In this document: positions 62,702 to 64,000 of the stretch, piece by piece
Layout of the letters: each line of letters begins with the position of its first letter
Numbering within the stretch: position 1 is the stretch's first letter
Source of the DNA: Raillietiella orientalis
Lineage: Eukaryota
Assembly: GCA_036172245.1 (NCBI GenBank)
Contig: JAYWIR010000053.1
Location: forward strand, 186,001-250,000
Reading direction: 5' to 3'
Length of the DNA: 64,000 nucleotides
Position numbers and translations under genes: made by a program
Notes under the pieces: generated by a model
Told to the model about the DNA's origin: nothing
The model's input: only the letters and a program-made list of their open reading frames with translations
Databases searched by the model: none

Positions 62702-64000
62702 ATTTCAACGTTCGCCTGAAACCAGATGGGCAGAATCACGAGCGTGAACTGCTCAAAGAGGTGTGCATGTCGGTGCACACCTCCAATTTGTTGGCCAGTG
62801 CACCGGGGATGGAGAAGAGCATCGACCACGTGTTTCTTGACGTGCACCTGTGCCCTCGCGTGGGCAGGCGCGGCAAGTTACCGTGCGAGCTGTCCGACCA
62901 TCGCTCGATAGTTCTCGAGATCCATCCGCGCTACAGGGGCCCCCCCTCGTCAGCGTGGCGTCTCCCAGCGGACTGGCTGAAGCTCCCGGACGCGGCGGAA
63001 CATCTCCGCACGTTCATACGGAGCTTCAGGCTGCGGACACTCCAGGATTCGGACCGCTTCAAGCGGTCGGTACAGGAGTTCGGCGACCAGTCAACACTGC
63101 ACCGCCAACCTACGGGTTTTGGGACCGGGGTCCGTAACGAACGAGCGTACCTGTAGGCCCGTCGTTACGCCTGAACCCCCGAAATCCGCAGGCTGGTGGA
63201 ATACAAAGCAAGAGCAGAGAGGCAAGCCGGTCAGTCCGGATCGGCCAGCTTGGTGGACGATCTGGGCCAAAAGCACTCGGCACCCGCCCAAATGTGCGGC
63301 CTGCTGGGGAGTTACTACTCCTCCCTGTATGCCAGGGCACCTCCTGAGAGGAACGTTTTACGACTCCTGCTTCCGGAAGGCGCTCCAGAGATCGGGGACG
63401 AGAAAAAGACCATCGACTAGTCTTTCACGATAAACGAGATCCTCTCGGCCATCGGAAAGCTCGAAAGGCGCAAGGCTCCAGGGGAGGACAGCCTGCCCGC
63501 GGTATTTTACCAAACTTTCGCTGCTGAACTTACCTTCCTGGTACAGCAACTCACATTGCTGATACGCGAGACAGGTGACTTTCTTGCCTCGTTTCGTTCG
63601 GCAAAGGTGCGTCTCCACCCTAAGGGAGAAGATCTGAGGAGCATGAACAACTAGCGACCCATCTCAATAGTAAATGAGCACGCCAACTTGCTGGCTAGGG
63701 TTTGGGCAGAGCGTCTGGGACGGGTTGCCAACATCTTCATCAGCCCGGAACAGACTTATGCTGTTGCCAGGTGAAGCATGGAGGCGAATCTGTTCCTCGC
63801 AAGTACATGGTGGCAGTTGAAACAAAGCAAAGACCAGGGAGGTCAAAAGAATCCTGGATTCTCCTCTGACCAGGGAGCGGACGCTTTTCATGGAAGAGCC
63901 GCGCCCGGTGCGCTTGCGGTCGCAGTCGATCTGCGTAAAGCGTTCGATTGCGTCGACCAGGAACTACTTCCGGAACTCCTGGAACGCTTGGGATTCCTAA
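62702..64000 (+). mobile_element. Host LINE ORF2 fragment (D-type endonuclease, E-type RT) starting inside the GDFN codons and running off the window
   Basis: ORF 62695-63156 (FNVRL, IDHVFL, SDH), then KAPGED and AVDLRKAFDCVDQ near 63920-63960. Confidence 0.88.

Overview
Eukaryotic DNA. About 85-90% of the window is a deeply nested pile of L1-clade (Tx1/Zepp-like) non-LTR retrotransposons. ORF1 is gag-like with CX2CX4HX4C zinc knuckles; ORF2 is APE endonuclease + reverse transcriptase + C-terminal CCHC motif. I resolved about 23 copies or fragments in at least six diverged families, labelled A-F ad hoc (B is the outlier). One three-layer nest is supported by target-site duplications: C1 inside D1 inside A0. 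Copy A1 (15107-20691) is full length and intact except for two single-C losses in C homopolymers. The most striking signal is that some families repeatedly land at the same nucleotide inside conserved catalytic-motif codons of OTHER LINE families. Family F does so at the endonuclease GDFN motif (3 junctions, 3 different hosts) and family D at the RT KAFD motif (2 different hosts), while each family's own copy of the motif has a different DNA sequence. Families A, C, D, E and F share a 5' GCGGA(A/C)GTGTTTT motif and a 3' AATAAA + bulged stem-loop with only a 2-5 nt A tail. A lower-GC stretch at about 48.7-53.6 kb has no recognisable element or gene. No rRNA, tRNA, CRISPR or host gene could be supported. 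All alignments were done by eye, and boundaries without a TSD are approximate.
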